DNA of 64,000 nucleotides from a bacterium (GTDB lineage: Bacteria > Zhuqueibacterota > Zhuqueibacteria > Zhuqueibacterales > Zhuqueibacteraceae). Below, piece after piece: positions 9,868-18,600 of this stretch; within the stretch, counting starts at the first letter, position 1; every line of letters begins with the position of its first letter. Location of the stretch: contig JBIOXB010000217.1 of NCBI GenBank assembly GCA_044869275.1, forward strand, positions 10,095 to 74,094, written 5' to 3'. A program made the translations under genes and the position numbers. The notes under the pieces were generated by a model. The model saw nothing but the letters and a program-made list of their open reading frames with translations, searched no databases and was not told where the DNA came from.

Positions 9868-10080
9868 AAGTCGAAACGCAAGAATTGCTCGAAAAAGTGG
9901 AAAACTTGATCCCAAATTTCATCGATATTTACTCGACAGCTTCGGCAAACGGCAAGTTGTGGATTATCAGCTGAGTGCCGAGATCACCGAAGAATATGCT
10001 CCCGAAATCACAATCACGCCGAAGAGTTTCTTGACGCGGCGCGAAATTATCTTGCCGGTAAGACTGCCTCTCCACGATAA
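9864..10080 (+). pseudogene. HEPN-domain gene remnant (internal deletion plus frameshift)
   Basis: ATGA overlap with the MNT stop; MKVETQELLEK, then GKLDPKFHRYLLDSFGKRQVVDY in another frame, then HAEEFLDAARNYL to TAA 10080; the central part expected of HEPN is missing. Confidence 0.75.
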
Positions 10081-10099
10081 CTTTCTTTGCGATAACTTT

Positions 10100-10206
10100 A
10101 CTTGCATATTCCAATCCGCATCGAGCTGCACGCGGCCCTGCTGCATGCGCACGCCATTGTAATTTTTTTCGCGTTTGAAGGTGGAGCGGGTGATGTCGGA
10201 TTTTAA
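10100..10206 (-). pseudogene. orphan copy B of the 5' end of the DUF6519 fibre gene
   Basis: Translates LKSDITRSTFKREKNYNGVRMQQGRVQLDADWNMQV; TTG start changed to TTA; direct repeat of 9362-9467. Confidence 0.9.
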
Positions 10207-10366
10207 GAGTTGCTCTTATCGAGAAGAAAATTGTTTTCAAAACTATTACTGCAAAAAGATTTTTTTCCGTCGTAGCCTTGCCCACTTGTGGGGCAATGGT
10301 GCTTGGCCAGATTGCTCTATCCAGAGAGCCGTGCCGACGCTTCGGCAGCGGGGACTACGAAAACTA

Positions 10367-10456
10367 CCGCATCCATCTGCACGCGCCCCTGCTCCATGCG
10401 CACGCCGGTGTAATGCTTGGTAGGATTAAAGGTGCGTGGTTGATGTCGGATTTCAA
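10367..10456 (-). pseudogene. orphan copy C of the 5' end of the DUF6519 fibre gene (more diverged, frameshifted)
   Basis: TTG AAA TCC GAC ATC (MKSDI), frameshift, then TFNPTKHYTGVRMEQGRVQMDA. Confidence 0.85.
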
Positions 10457-10840
10457 GGAAGCGTCCAATAAGCCATGAAACTATCAACGCCAATTATTTA
10501 ATTAAATCGCTCTGTCAGCTTTCAATTGTAGGCTTCTATCTCTCATTTCTAGGGTCGAAGGCTAATTGATGTAGGGTCAACTAGTGGCCGTATTTCTAAA
10601 AGTTTCCATGTCCGCGCGACGTCGAGCCGTATTCGAATCTGAATGTGGCCATGGTGTTGTTATGTGATTGCCGCAGCGGATTCTAAAAGATTAGTCGCAT
10701 GCGCTAAATCGTCGCGCGATTGCCATCGGAGGATGATGCCACAGTTTTGCTTGCTCCGGTTCATGAAATCAATTGACCTAAAGAGCCGGTCTCGGTTTAC
10801 GAAAGCCTGCATTTTGATGAAATTAAGATCTCTTGTGATT

Positions 10841-11437
10841 CTAAAGTAGCGAGTTATTGTCTTGTCGTTCATTTAACTCATTGAGCGCCTTTTTTGCAAT
10901 GTCCTGCACATCGGGGCTCTGATCACTCAGAGCCTTGTTCCAAACGTCCTGCAACCTAGGACGATTCAGTCTATACAGAGATTCGGCAGCATGGTCTCGC
11001 ACAAAAACATCATCATCTTGCAGCAATGCAATCAGTGCTTCTATAGATTGCTCCGTGTTGTAGTTACGGAGTTGTTTCGCAACTTCCTGCCTAGGGGGCC
11101 TTGAACGCTTCTTTCGATATACTTCAGCAACAAGGCAGTCGGCGATTTCCGGGCTTGAGTATTCGGCAAGCGATAACAACGCCTCTGCACGTACGTCTTC
11201 TGATTGATCAGATTCAATTGCCATGATAAGGTGAGGAATAGCTCTGTTATCATGAATCAAACCTAGATTGCAAGCTGCAGTACCTCGTACCTCTGGATCA
11301 GTGTCTGAAAGAAATGGAATAATGAGTTCAACGGCATTGCTAGGCTTTAACTCACCTATTCTATCTAAGGCGGCCTCTCTGATAGCAGCGTTCGGGTCCT
11401 GTAGATTCTGCAAAATTGCTTTCATCTCTTCTGCCAT
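10841..11437 (-). CDS. HEAT-repeat (PBS-lyase-like) protein, candidate immunity protein
   Basis: Repeated L.D.D..VR..AA..L units; AT-rich; starts 26 nt after the stop of the toxin-tipped gene; AGGTGA RBS. Confidence 0.85.
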   Translation of the reverse strand: MAEEMKAILQNLQDPNAAIREAALDRIGELKPSNAVELIIPFLSDTDPEVRGTAACNLGLIHDNRAIPHLIMAIESDQSEDVRAEALLSLAEYSSPEIADCLVAEVYRKKRSRPPRQEVAKQLRNYNTEQSIEALIALLQDDDVFVRDHAAESLYRLNRPRLQDVWNKALSDQSPDVQDIAKKALNELNERQDNNSLL

Positions 11438-11463
11438 ACTTCACCTATCTTCTGGTATGAATT

Positions 11464-14400
11464 TCATGTTGACCATTTTAATATTTCAGCAGGAATTAAC
11501 CCCTCGATCAAAACTTCTCCATTTTTCTCCATATCTTGTTTGACCGATCTAGCTAATCGCCTGACCTTTGGCTTGTCATGAGCAAGCATGAGTCTTTCAA
11601 CATCGTCAGGTGTATATATTTTTATAGTTCCTTTGTTCTTGAGTGCATCTAAAGCATCCAATGTTGCTTTCAAAATTCTATTTTTCTTTGTGAACTTAGC
11701 CGTACCCCTTCTAGTAATTGAGAATGAGACAAACCGGCTAGTTTGTTCACTTTGCTTCTTCCGAACATGCTCCCAAGGAGTCTGAATTTCAGCCTCTTCG
11801 GCCTCTTTACTTCCTATTTCGAACCCCAGTGGACCAGCTTTGTAATAATCATCGCCTCTAAATAGAAAACGTGAGCCAGAAGCGCTAGCTTGCTCGACTT
11901 CTTCTTTTGGTTTTAACACTTGCCCATTGCCAAGTTCACGCTCAGGGCTAAATCCAGCAACAATCTTGAAGTTATTCCGCGATTCTTGTATGCGAAGCAC
12001 TTTAAATCGGTATCTAAGCTTCAGCAGCACGAGCAAACCATTTACGATTATTTTAGGTAACCATTTTCTTAGTCTCTGTCCTAATAACTGGCGGGCTCGT
12101 TCAAATGCTCGATCCTGCCGTTCTCGCAGTCTTCGTTCTTGATCAGCCCTGCGATCTCTTCTCCGCCCACCTCTCCTCCCAAACCTCCTCCTCGCCCTCG
12201 CCCTCAACCTCCGAAATCCTCTCCCAATCCGCCTCCCCACTCTCCTCAACGCCCCTCCAACCCTCCGCGCCACGCTCCTCAATCTTTGCATAATCCGCTG
12301 CGCAATCGCGCGAAGCCGGCCAGCAACACGCCCAGCCGGCCGGCGCAAGCGGCGCAATAGCCAGTTGGCAACGAAGTCGATCACCGCAATTGCCGCAGCA
12401 GCAATGGCCTGCGCGAACTTCTGTCCGGCATTGCCGGATTTCACGGCTTTGAGGAAGGCAAAGAACTTTTCAAACGCTTGCAGGATGCGGCTCACCGTGC
12501 CCCACGCGGCCTGCAAGCCTTCGATAATCGCCATGACCGCGCCGGCAGCCAGTATTATAAGCGATACTAGTTTCTCAATCAAGATTTGAATTAATACCGT
12601 CGGGATTGCGGACTTCAGAGCTTCCCAGGCCATTTGGCCGACTTGCGCGAGTTGAATGCCGCCGTTGCGCAGAAAATTCCAAATGGCAATACCCAGACCT
12701 AAAACTTCTTCGAGCTTTTGATTGAACCAATTCTGTATCGCTGCTTTGAAAGCTGTCCACAAATGGTTGCGAACGCCATCCCAAGCAGAGGCACCGAGAT
12801 TGCGAAGCCAACGTATCGGATTAGCGGCGATATCCTTGATCAGCGCGGCAAACGCCGCCAGCGCTTGCACCACGGATTTCGCAAAGTTGATCGCGCCTTG
12901 CACGACACGGCCTACGACGTCAACCGCGGCAAGATAGGCACGCTCGAGCAGGCCCAATGCCGCATCCAAAACGGCGCCCAGAGCATTCAGCGCGCGTTGC
13001 ACATCCTCTTTCAGGCGATCCGCCAAGGCGTTGACCACGGCTTCGGCGCGATTGACACCTTCCTCAATTAAATTGCGGAAACGATCGCGCAGGCCAGGGA
13101 AGCCCGCGAGCACGACTCCTCCAATAGCGATCAGCGCCTGCCCGGCGATCCGGATAAGGCCCACCACGGCTTGCCGCGCGCGCTCGATAGCTGCGACGGC
13201 CAAACGCTTTGCTGCATCGATGGCGGCGCGCACGGCGCGGCGGGCGGCATCGAAAACCGCTTTGATGCCTTCTTTGATTCTATTGAAAAATGCCGTGGCC
13301 TGATCCGCGAGCCAGCCGAAGAAGCCGCTGGATTCCGATTCCCGTTCGCCCTCGCGGCGCTGGCGCTCCGCCTCGCGCTCAGCCCCCTGGCGCTCCTCCT
13401 CGGCGCGGCGGTTGCCTTCCTGAATGTGGCCGGCAGACTCGGTGTTGGCGCGATCTTGCTCGCGGCCAATCTCTTGCTCGTTCTGCCGCATGACGCGATC
13501 AGATTCGGCGCGGTTGCGATCCACCAGCGTGCGCTGCTCTTCTGTCCACTGCTGGCGTTGCTGTTGCACCTCTTGTTGCGCGGCCGAGCGCTCGCGCTGT
13601 TGCTCAGCAGCGTTTTGTTCTTGCAGTTGCGCGATTTCCTGGTCGGCATTGGCGCGCTCTTCCGTTACCTGGCTCTGATGCTCTTCCCGGCGCGCGGCAA
13701 CTTCACTTTGGCCCTGGCTCAGGGCATTGCTGATCTCTTCGCCGCGTTGTTCTCGCGCGATGACGGAGGCGGCAATATCCATTTCGCTCCCGCCGGCAGC
13801 TGCGCCGTTTCCTCCTGCAACTGCGGCTCCACCTCCCGCACCCGTCGTTGCCTCAGCGCCCGCCGCGCCATTGCTGCCGCTCGGAATCTGCGCCGTGAGC
13901 GTTTCATTGGGATCGACATTCGTCGGAAAGATTTCATTTTCACCCATGGGCTGCGCCGCATCTTGCAAGCCTTGCGTGTGCGCCTCGGCCATGCTGCGCT
14001 CGAGCTGAATTTGCTGTTGGCGCGCTTGCGCGGGATCGGCATTGCCCTCCAGAGCCAGCGTGGGCGTTGGACCGGCATCGACTTCCAGTCCGGAATCGCT
14101 GATGGGCAAACGGCTGATGGAAGCTTGCATGCGTTGTGCGTCGTTTGCCGTGAGCTCGCCCTGTTGATCACTGGTGACGGCAGGAGTACGCACCGCTTGC
14201 GTGGGAGAAGGCGGCGGCGCCGGCAATGGTGCCGGTTGAGGCGTGCGAACAGACTGGCCCTCAGGCGTGCGTTCGACTTGACGGAACGCGGTAGTGGAGG
14301 GCGGAGGTACGCGCTGGGCCACGGGTGCTTCATGCGTTTCGGGCGCGCCTGAGGGCCGCGGCATTTGCGGCGGATGGCTTGTCAACTCGTCGCGTTGTGC

Positions 14401-16773
14401 ACTAACTGAGCGTGCCGCTGCGCCTGAAACCTGCGGCAATGCGGCTTGCAACTGTATCGGCGCCAATTGGTGCAAGCCCGCCATTGCCTGGCCGGGATCA
14501 TTCGTTTGCGAAAGATCTGGAGGTTCGGAGGGTGTGGGATCAGGAATCGCTTCGCCACCGCCGGAGGAGGCTCCGGCGCCTGCCGCCGCACCACTGCTTG
14601 CGTCTTCCGCAATCATGGACATCGCCGCTTGCTGCTCGCCGGATTCGAGCAAAGCACCGCTTGCCGGCGGAGCGGCAGTTTCTACGCCTTCTTCTTCAGG
14701 AATGCCTTCAAGCTCCGGAGCTGGTGCTGCTGCGGTCGTTTCCAAACTCGCTGCTTGCTCTTCGGCCGGCTCCGGCGGTGTCAATGTTTCGAGAGCCGCC
14801 TCAGGCACCGGCGTTGCGCTCGCGGTTTCGACTTCCGGTGCGATCGTCGAAGGTTCAGTCTCTGTGGCAAATGGAAGCTCTTCTGCTGAAGATGCGGCTT
14901 CAGAAATAGCATCTGCCGGCTCAGCCTCCACCGGCGCCTCGGCTTCGGGAGGGACTTCCGATTCTTCAGGCGTGGAGACGAATTCTTCGGCGGGCGCGAC
15001 TGCAGCCACTTCCGGCGAGAGCGCTGCTTCTGATCCTTCACCTTCATCGACGAACTCATCGGCTTCTTCGGGCGCTTCGCTACGCCGCGCTTGTGCCATG
15101 CGTTCTTCAGTTCTGCCGCTCTCTTCTTCCTGCTCAGCAGGGCTGGCCTCCTCTTCTGGGGCAGCTCCAACAGCACTGATCGGAGGAGCGGAGGCGGCAG
15201 TCGCTTGCTCTGTGGGCGCAGAAGTTTCTTCTGGCGATGTTTCTTCTTCGCTTGGCGAGATTGCTTCTGCTGAGGCGGGTTCTCCCAATGACTCGACAGG
15301 TGTTTCTTCCGCAACAGCTTCTTCTTGCTCTCTTGGCTCAGGAGCCTGCCGGGTTTCGACACGTGTATTTGCCTGATCTCGAGCCTCGCTTATTTCTGCA
15401 GAAGGGGATTCTCGTTGCAGACGCCGGACAGCAAAAATCTCTGGCGCCAGGAGAGCAGCGGCGCCAGTTCGCAGCTCACCTCTTTCCGGTACCATTTCAT
15501 CAGAAAATTCGGAGGCAGAGAAATGCGCATCGGGCGAAATGATTTCACGCCGGCTGCCGGTTTGTGGCTGCGAGGTTATTCGAGATGATCGAGCTGCGGC
15601 TGATTCAGTTGAAGATGAAGGCGCTTCGGTTTCTGTGGGCACGGGTTGAGCTAACAGCGTCTGCAGCCGTTCCCATTGCGAGGGGGAAATGCGCAGCCGC
15701 ACCTTTTCCAAGACCATCTCGCGTGTCAAAGTATCCAAATTCGCGAGACGCTGCCGGATGCCGCCCAACTCATCACTGGGATCAAGTTGAAAATTGAGCA
15801 CCACCCATTCGGCCAGCCGCTCGTCTGTATTTTCCAGTTGTCGCGGACTTGTCGACGTGTTGGAAAAACTCTGACCCGCGATTCGCCGCGCAATCACATT
15901 TGGCGGCGCCGGCGTCAAGCTGACTGCAATTTTGCCATTGAAAGTGCGACTGTTGGATAGCTGTTGCGCCGCACGCTCGGCCTCATGCTCGCCCGGCTCG
16001 TGTTGCCGGTTCAATTCATAATGAAGAGGCGATGTTGCCAGCGCGGCCGGCACTGGTGAAGGCTGTTGTTGCACCACATGCGTTAATTCATGCGCCAGCA
16101 GCCAGCGTCCGGGCGACGTATCGGGCTGGTATTGACCGGCGCCAAAAAAGATGTCGTTGCCATGTGTGAAGGCCTGTGCATGCAACTCCCGCGCAAGCTC
16201 GCCCGCCTCGGCGCCGTCATGCACGCGCACCTGGCTGAAATCATGGCCGAAACGCGGCTCGAAATAGGTGCGTGCTGCGTCCGGCAAAGGCCGGCCGCGG
16301 CCGAACAAGGACTTCATGCGATCGATCAGCTTACGAGGAAGCTTCGAAGGCTGGCCGGAAAGCCCTTTGGTTTGCACACGTTTCCCTTTGTCCTGCTCTT
16401 CCTCTTCATCCTTCTCGTTTTCGCCTTTTTTCTCCTCTTCGGCTTCAGCCGCACGCAAGCGCAGCTTGGGTTGGGCTTCAGGAAAAACGCGCCGGAGCAG
16501 AAGCCCGCCCGCTGGTTTTACAGAATTCGGGCCCGTAATACCTTCCGCGACCGGGCCGGACATCATAGCGCCGGCAATACGATCGGCTTCCTGCTCGTAC
16601 TCATCCCCATGCTGGCCGAGCCTGAGCTTGGCCTGCACCAATGGGAATGCGGGCTGGAACAGCCTTTGGTCTTCCGTGCGCGGCACCGGTGAGCGTGAGC
16701 GCTCAGCCATGCGCTTGGCACGCTGCGGCGCCGGCGAACAAGGCTGCGGAGATTTTGGAACAGGGCTTTTCAA
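11464..16773 (-). CDS. DUF4157 (eCIS core) protein, 1769 aa, with helical tape-measure-like region and C-terminal ADP-ribosyltransferase-like toxin domain
   Basis: GRPLP...FEPRFGHDFSQVRVH...AQAFTHGNDIFF...LLAHELTHVVQQ; acidic/Pro linker; coiled coil; amphipathic helices; C-terminal LFRGD / FVSFS / EKNGEVLIEG. Confidence 0.85.
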   Translation of the reverse strand: MKSPVPKSPQPCSPAPQRAKRMAERSRSPVPRTEDQRLFQPAFPLVQAKLRLGQHGDEYEQEADRIAGAMMSGPVAEGITGPNSVKPAGGLLLRRVFPEAQPKLRLRAAEAEEEKKGENEKDEEEEQDKGKRVQTKGLSGQPSKLPRKLIDRMKSLFGRGRPLPDAARTYFEPRFGHDFSQVRVHDGAEAGELARELHAQAFTHGNDIFFGAGQYQPDTSPGRWLLAHELTHVVQQQPSPVPAALATSPLHYELNRQHEPGEHEAERAAQQLSNSRTFNGKIAVSLTPAPPNVIARRIAGQSFSNTSTSPRQLENTDERLAEWVVLNFQLDPSDELGGIRQRLANLDTLTREMVLEKVRLRISPSQWERLQTLLAQPVPTETEAPSSSTESAAARSSRITSQPQTGSRREIISPDAHFSASEFSDEMVPERGELRTGAAALLAPEIFAVRRLQRESPSAEISEARDQANTRVETRQAPEPREQEEAVAEETPVESLGEPASAEAISPSEEETSPEETSAPTEQATAASAPPISAVGAAPEEEASPAEQEEESGRTEERMAQARRSEAPEEADEFVDEGEGSEAALSPEVAAVAPAEEFVSTPEESEVPPEAEAPVEAEPADAISEAASSAEELPFATETEPSTIAPEVETASATPVPEAALETLTPPEPAEEQAASLETTAAAPAPELEGIPEEEGVETAAPPASGALLESGEQQAAMSMIAEDASSGAAAGAGASSGGGEAIPDPTPSEPPDLSQTNDPGQAMAGLHQLAPIQLQAALPQVSGAAARSVSAQRDELTSHPPQMPRPSGAPETHEAPVAQRVPPPSTTAFRQVERTPEGQSVRTPQPAPLPAPPPSPTQAVRTPAVTSDQQGELTANDAQRMQASISRLPISDSGLEVDAGPTPTLALEGNADPAQARQQQIQLERSMAEAHTQGLQDAAQPMGENEIFPTNVDPNETLTAQIPSGSNGAAGAEATTGAGGGAAVAGGNGAAAGGSEMDIAASVIAREQRGEEISNALSQGQSEVAARREEHQSQVTEERANADQEIAQLQEQNAAEQQRERSAAQQEVQQQRQQWTEEQRTLVDRNRAESDRVMRQNEQEIGREQDRANTESAGHIQEGNRRAEEERQGAEREAERQRREGERESESSGFFGWLADQATAFFNRIKEGIKAVFDAARRAVRAAIDAAKRLAVAAIERARQAVVGLIRIAGQALIAIGGVVLAGFPGLRDRFRNLIEEGVNRAEAVVNALADRLKEDVQRALNALGAVLDAALGLLERAYLAAVDVVGRVVQGAINFAKSVVQALAAFAALIKDIAANPIRWLRNLGASAWDGVRNHLWTAFKAAIQNWFNQKLEEVLGLGIAIWNFLRNGGIQLAQVGQMAWEALKSAIPTVLIQILIEKLVSLIILAAGAVMAIIEGLQAAWGTVSRILQAFEKFFAFLKAVKSGNAGQKFAQAIAAAAIAVIDFVANWLLRRLRRPAGRVAGRLRAIAQRIMQRLRSVARRVGGALRRVGRRIGRGFRRLRARARRRFGRRGGRRRDRRADQERRLRERQDRAFERARQLLGQRLRKWLPKIIVNGLLVLLKLRYRFKVLRIQESRNNFKIVAGFSPERELGNGQVLKPKEEVEQASASGSRFLFRGDDYYKAGPLGFEIGSKEAEEAEIQTPWEHVRKKQSEQTSRFVSFSITRRGTAKFTKKNRILKATLDALDALKNKGTIKIYTPDDVERLMLAHDKPKVRRLARSVKQDMEKNGEVLIEGLIPAEILKWST

Positions 16774-16992
16774 ACGTTAGTCCCAGAGACGCATTTTATT
16801 CAGAAGTGTGATGGTGGTTTGGCCAAGTTTCTTCAACCGCGAATCATCGCTAATGAGCGCTAATATTTTTCATTTTTGTCAATTCTCGCTCATTTGTGAT
16901 TGCCCCTGGCTAGATTCCTCCTCGTCCGGGTTATGAAGCTTGCGCAGAACCATTCAGATTTTTTCCGAATCTGAGGGGCAGATCGCGTATCG

Positions 16993-18591
16993 TCAGTTTT
17001 CCCCTCGTGCTTTGGGTTTGGAGGTGGGCTTGGCCTTAGCTGGAGGCCGGGTTTCGAGCTCAGGCTTGGGCTCGGGAGCAATGGGCCTCATGACGGCCGG
17101 CCGATCGAACAGTGAAGTTTCACCTCCATCCGGCACGCAAAGCAAAGGCTCGAACGCGCAGCGGCAATCATCAAAATCCTGCGGCGAGCGGATGACGGCG
17201 AGGGGAGCGTAATAATGCGTCACGCCGTGCGGCGGCAGCGCTGCCGGTAGCTGCCTTTCTTCATCATCCGGATCAGGCACTTGCGGCCAGTCCACGTCGC
17301 CCGTGATGGTGCGAGCGGGAATCAGCCAATAGTCGCCAGGGCGAAAGGTCGCAAAGGGTTCAAATTGAATTTGCACGCCGTTTTCCAGCGTAATCCAATC
17401 GGCTGTAATCCAATCAAGTTTTTTGAGATCTGCTGGGATCTGTATGGCACCGTCTTCGAAACTGATTCCTGCTTGAGAAAGGCTACCTTCTTTCTGATCC
17501 CAACGTCGCAGCAGCGGGTGTTTGGCGAGATCGATGCTGGCTGCCGGTGCGCCGGCGAGCGTCACTTGCAAATTCGCACGATCTATGGCCTGCACTTGCA
17601 ACAACGGTTCAGCGCGTTCGTGCAAAACGTATTCATCATCCAACAGCTCTACCCAATCGCCCGGCGCCAAGCCGAAACGGCCGTCGCGGCCGAGATGAGC
17701 AATTGTGACGGTGGTCAGCGTCAAAGCGTTGCTGGTGACTTCATGCAGGGCGAGGATCGGAAAGACGACTGCGCCGTTTTCCCGCGACCATTTGAAGGCC
17801 CCGGGGCGATAGTCTTTCGTGACCACTGAACCTGTGCTCCTTTTCTGAATCTCCACGCGATAGAGTTGATTCTCTGCGCCGCGATATTGCGCTTCGGGAG
17901 AAATTGTGCAAGCCTCGACTTCCGGCTTCGTGGAGGGCCTGGCGCGCGCCTTTAGACGGCCGCGGGCCGGTTGCCACTTATCGACCCAACTCCGCCAATT
18001 GCCTTTGATGTCTGCGCAGGTCCAGTCCTGCGCGGCAGAGCGAGCGATTGAGTCATTTGCCCCACCGCCTTTCCCGGGCATTTCATTCGTGACTTTTACC
18101 TGGCACACGACCTTTGAGCGGCTGGCCGTGTCCGGCCCGTCGAGCGCCACTTCCCGCAGGCGCAAATCCTCGACGGACGTAAGGTGGCGCTCCCAAACAT
18201 CAAGATAGACGAGATAAGGCGGTGGCGGCAGCGGAAACCTGGTACGGTCGAGGGGATAGTCAAGCTGATCAAAATAGGTGCTCACCAGCTCACTCTCGTC
18301 GGGCTTGAATCGCCGCGCCATTTCGCACAACATACCGCTGACATAATAACGGCCCGTTCCAATCTCGAAATCCGAACCATCAATCTTGGGCCGTATGGCG
18401 AAGCCCAAATGCTCGCCGGACGGCCCGCCAAAAGGGCCGATGATGTCCGCAGCCAGGGTTTGCAAATAGTGCAATAGAATCGCCATTTGCTCATTCCAAT
18501 CCGCATCGAGTTGGACGCGGCCCTGTTGCTGCAACACCCGCAGAAAATGCTTGCCGGGATCAAAGGTCTGGCGTGAAAAATCACCTTTCAT
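16993..18591 (-). CDS. DUF6519-domain protein (short paralogue without C-terminal adhesin)
   Basis: MKGDFSRQTFDP...QQGRVQLDADWNEQ, ENQLYRVE, FKWSRENG, GDYWLIPART; GGAGG RBS. Confidence 0.85.
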   Translation of the reverse strand: MKGDFSRQTFDPGKHFLRVLQQQGRVQLDADWNEQMAILLHYLQTLAADIIGPFGGPSGEHLGFAIRPKIDGSDFEIGTGRYYVSGMLCEMARRFKPDESELVSTYFDQLDYPLDRTRFPLPPPPYLVYLDVWERHLTSVEDLRLREVALDGPDTASRSKVVCQVKVTNEMPGKGGGANDSIARSAAQDWTCADIKGNWRSWVDKWQPARGRLKARARPSTKPEVEACTISPEAQYRGAENQLYRVEIQKRSTGSVVTKDYRPGAFKWSRENGAVVFPILALHEVTSNALTLTTVTIAHLGRDGRFGLAPGDWVELLDDEYVLHERAEPLLQVQAIDRANLQVTLAGAPAASIDLAKHPLLRRWDQKEGSLSQAGISFEDGAIQIPADLKKLDWITADWITLENGVQIQFEPFATFRPGDYWLIPARTITGDVDWPQVPDPDDEERQLPAALPPHGVTHYYAPLAVIRSPQDFDDCRCAFEPLLCVPDGGETSLFDRPAVMRPIAPEPKPELETRPPAKAKPTSKPKARGEN

Positions 18592-18600
18592 GATACCTCC

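Noticed and set aside
9362..10456. Diversity-generating retroelement or shufflon explanation for the repeats
   Set aside because: No reverse transcriptase or recombinase in the window; the repeats are direct and at the 5' end, and the differences are not confined to adenines
10660..10872. 70-aa minus-strand ORF after the HEAT gene as a second immunity gene
   Set aside because: Overlaps the HEAT gene, has no recognisable motif and no clear RBS; may be decayed cargo
13171..15376. Long antisense ORFs (393 aa and 360 aa) and similar shadow ORFs across the window
   Set aside because: Expected by-products of GC-rich coding sequence on the opposite strand; no independent motifs
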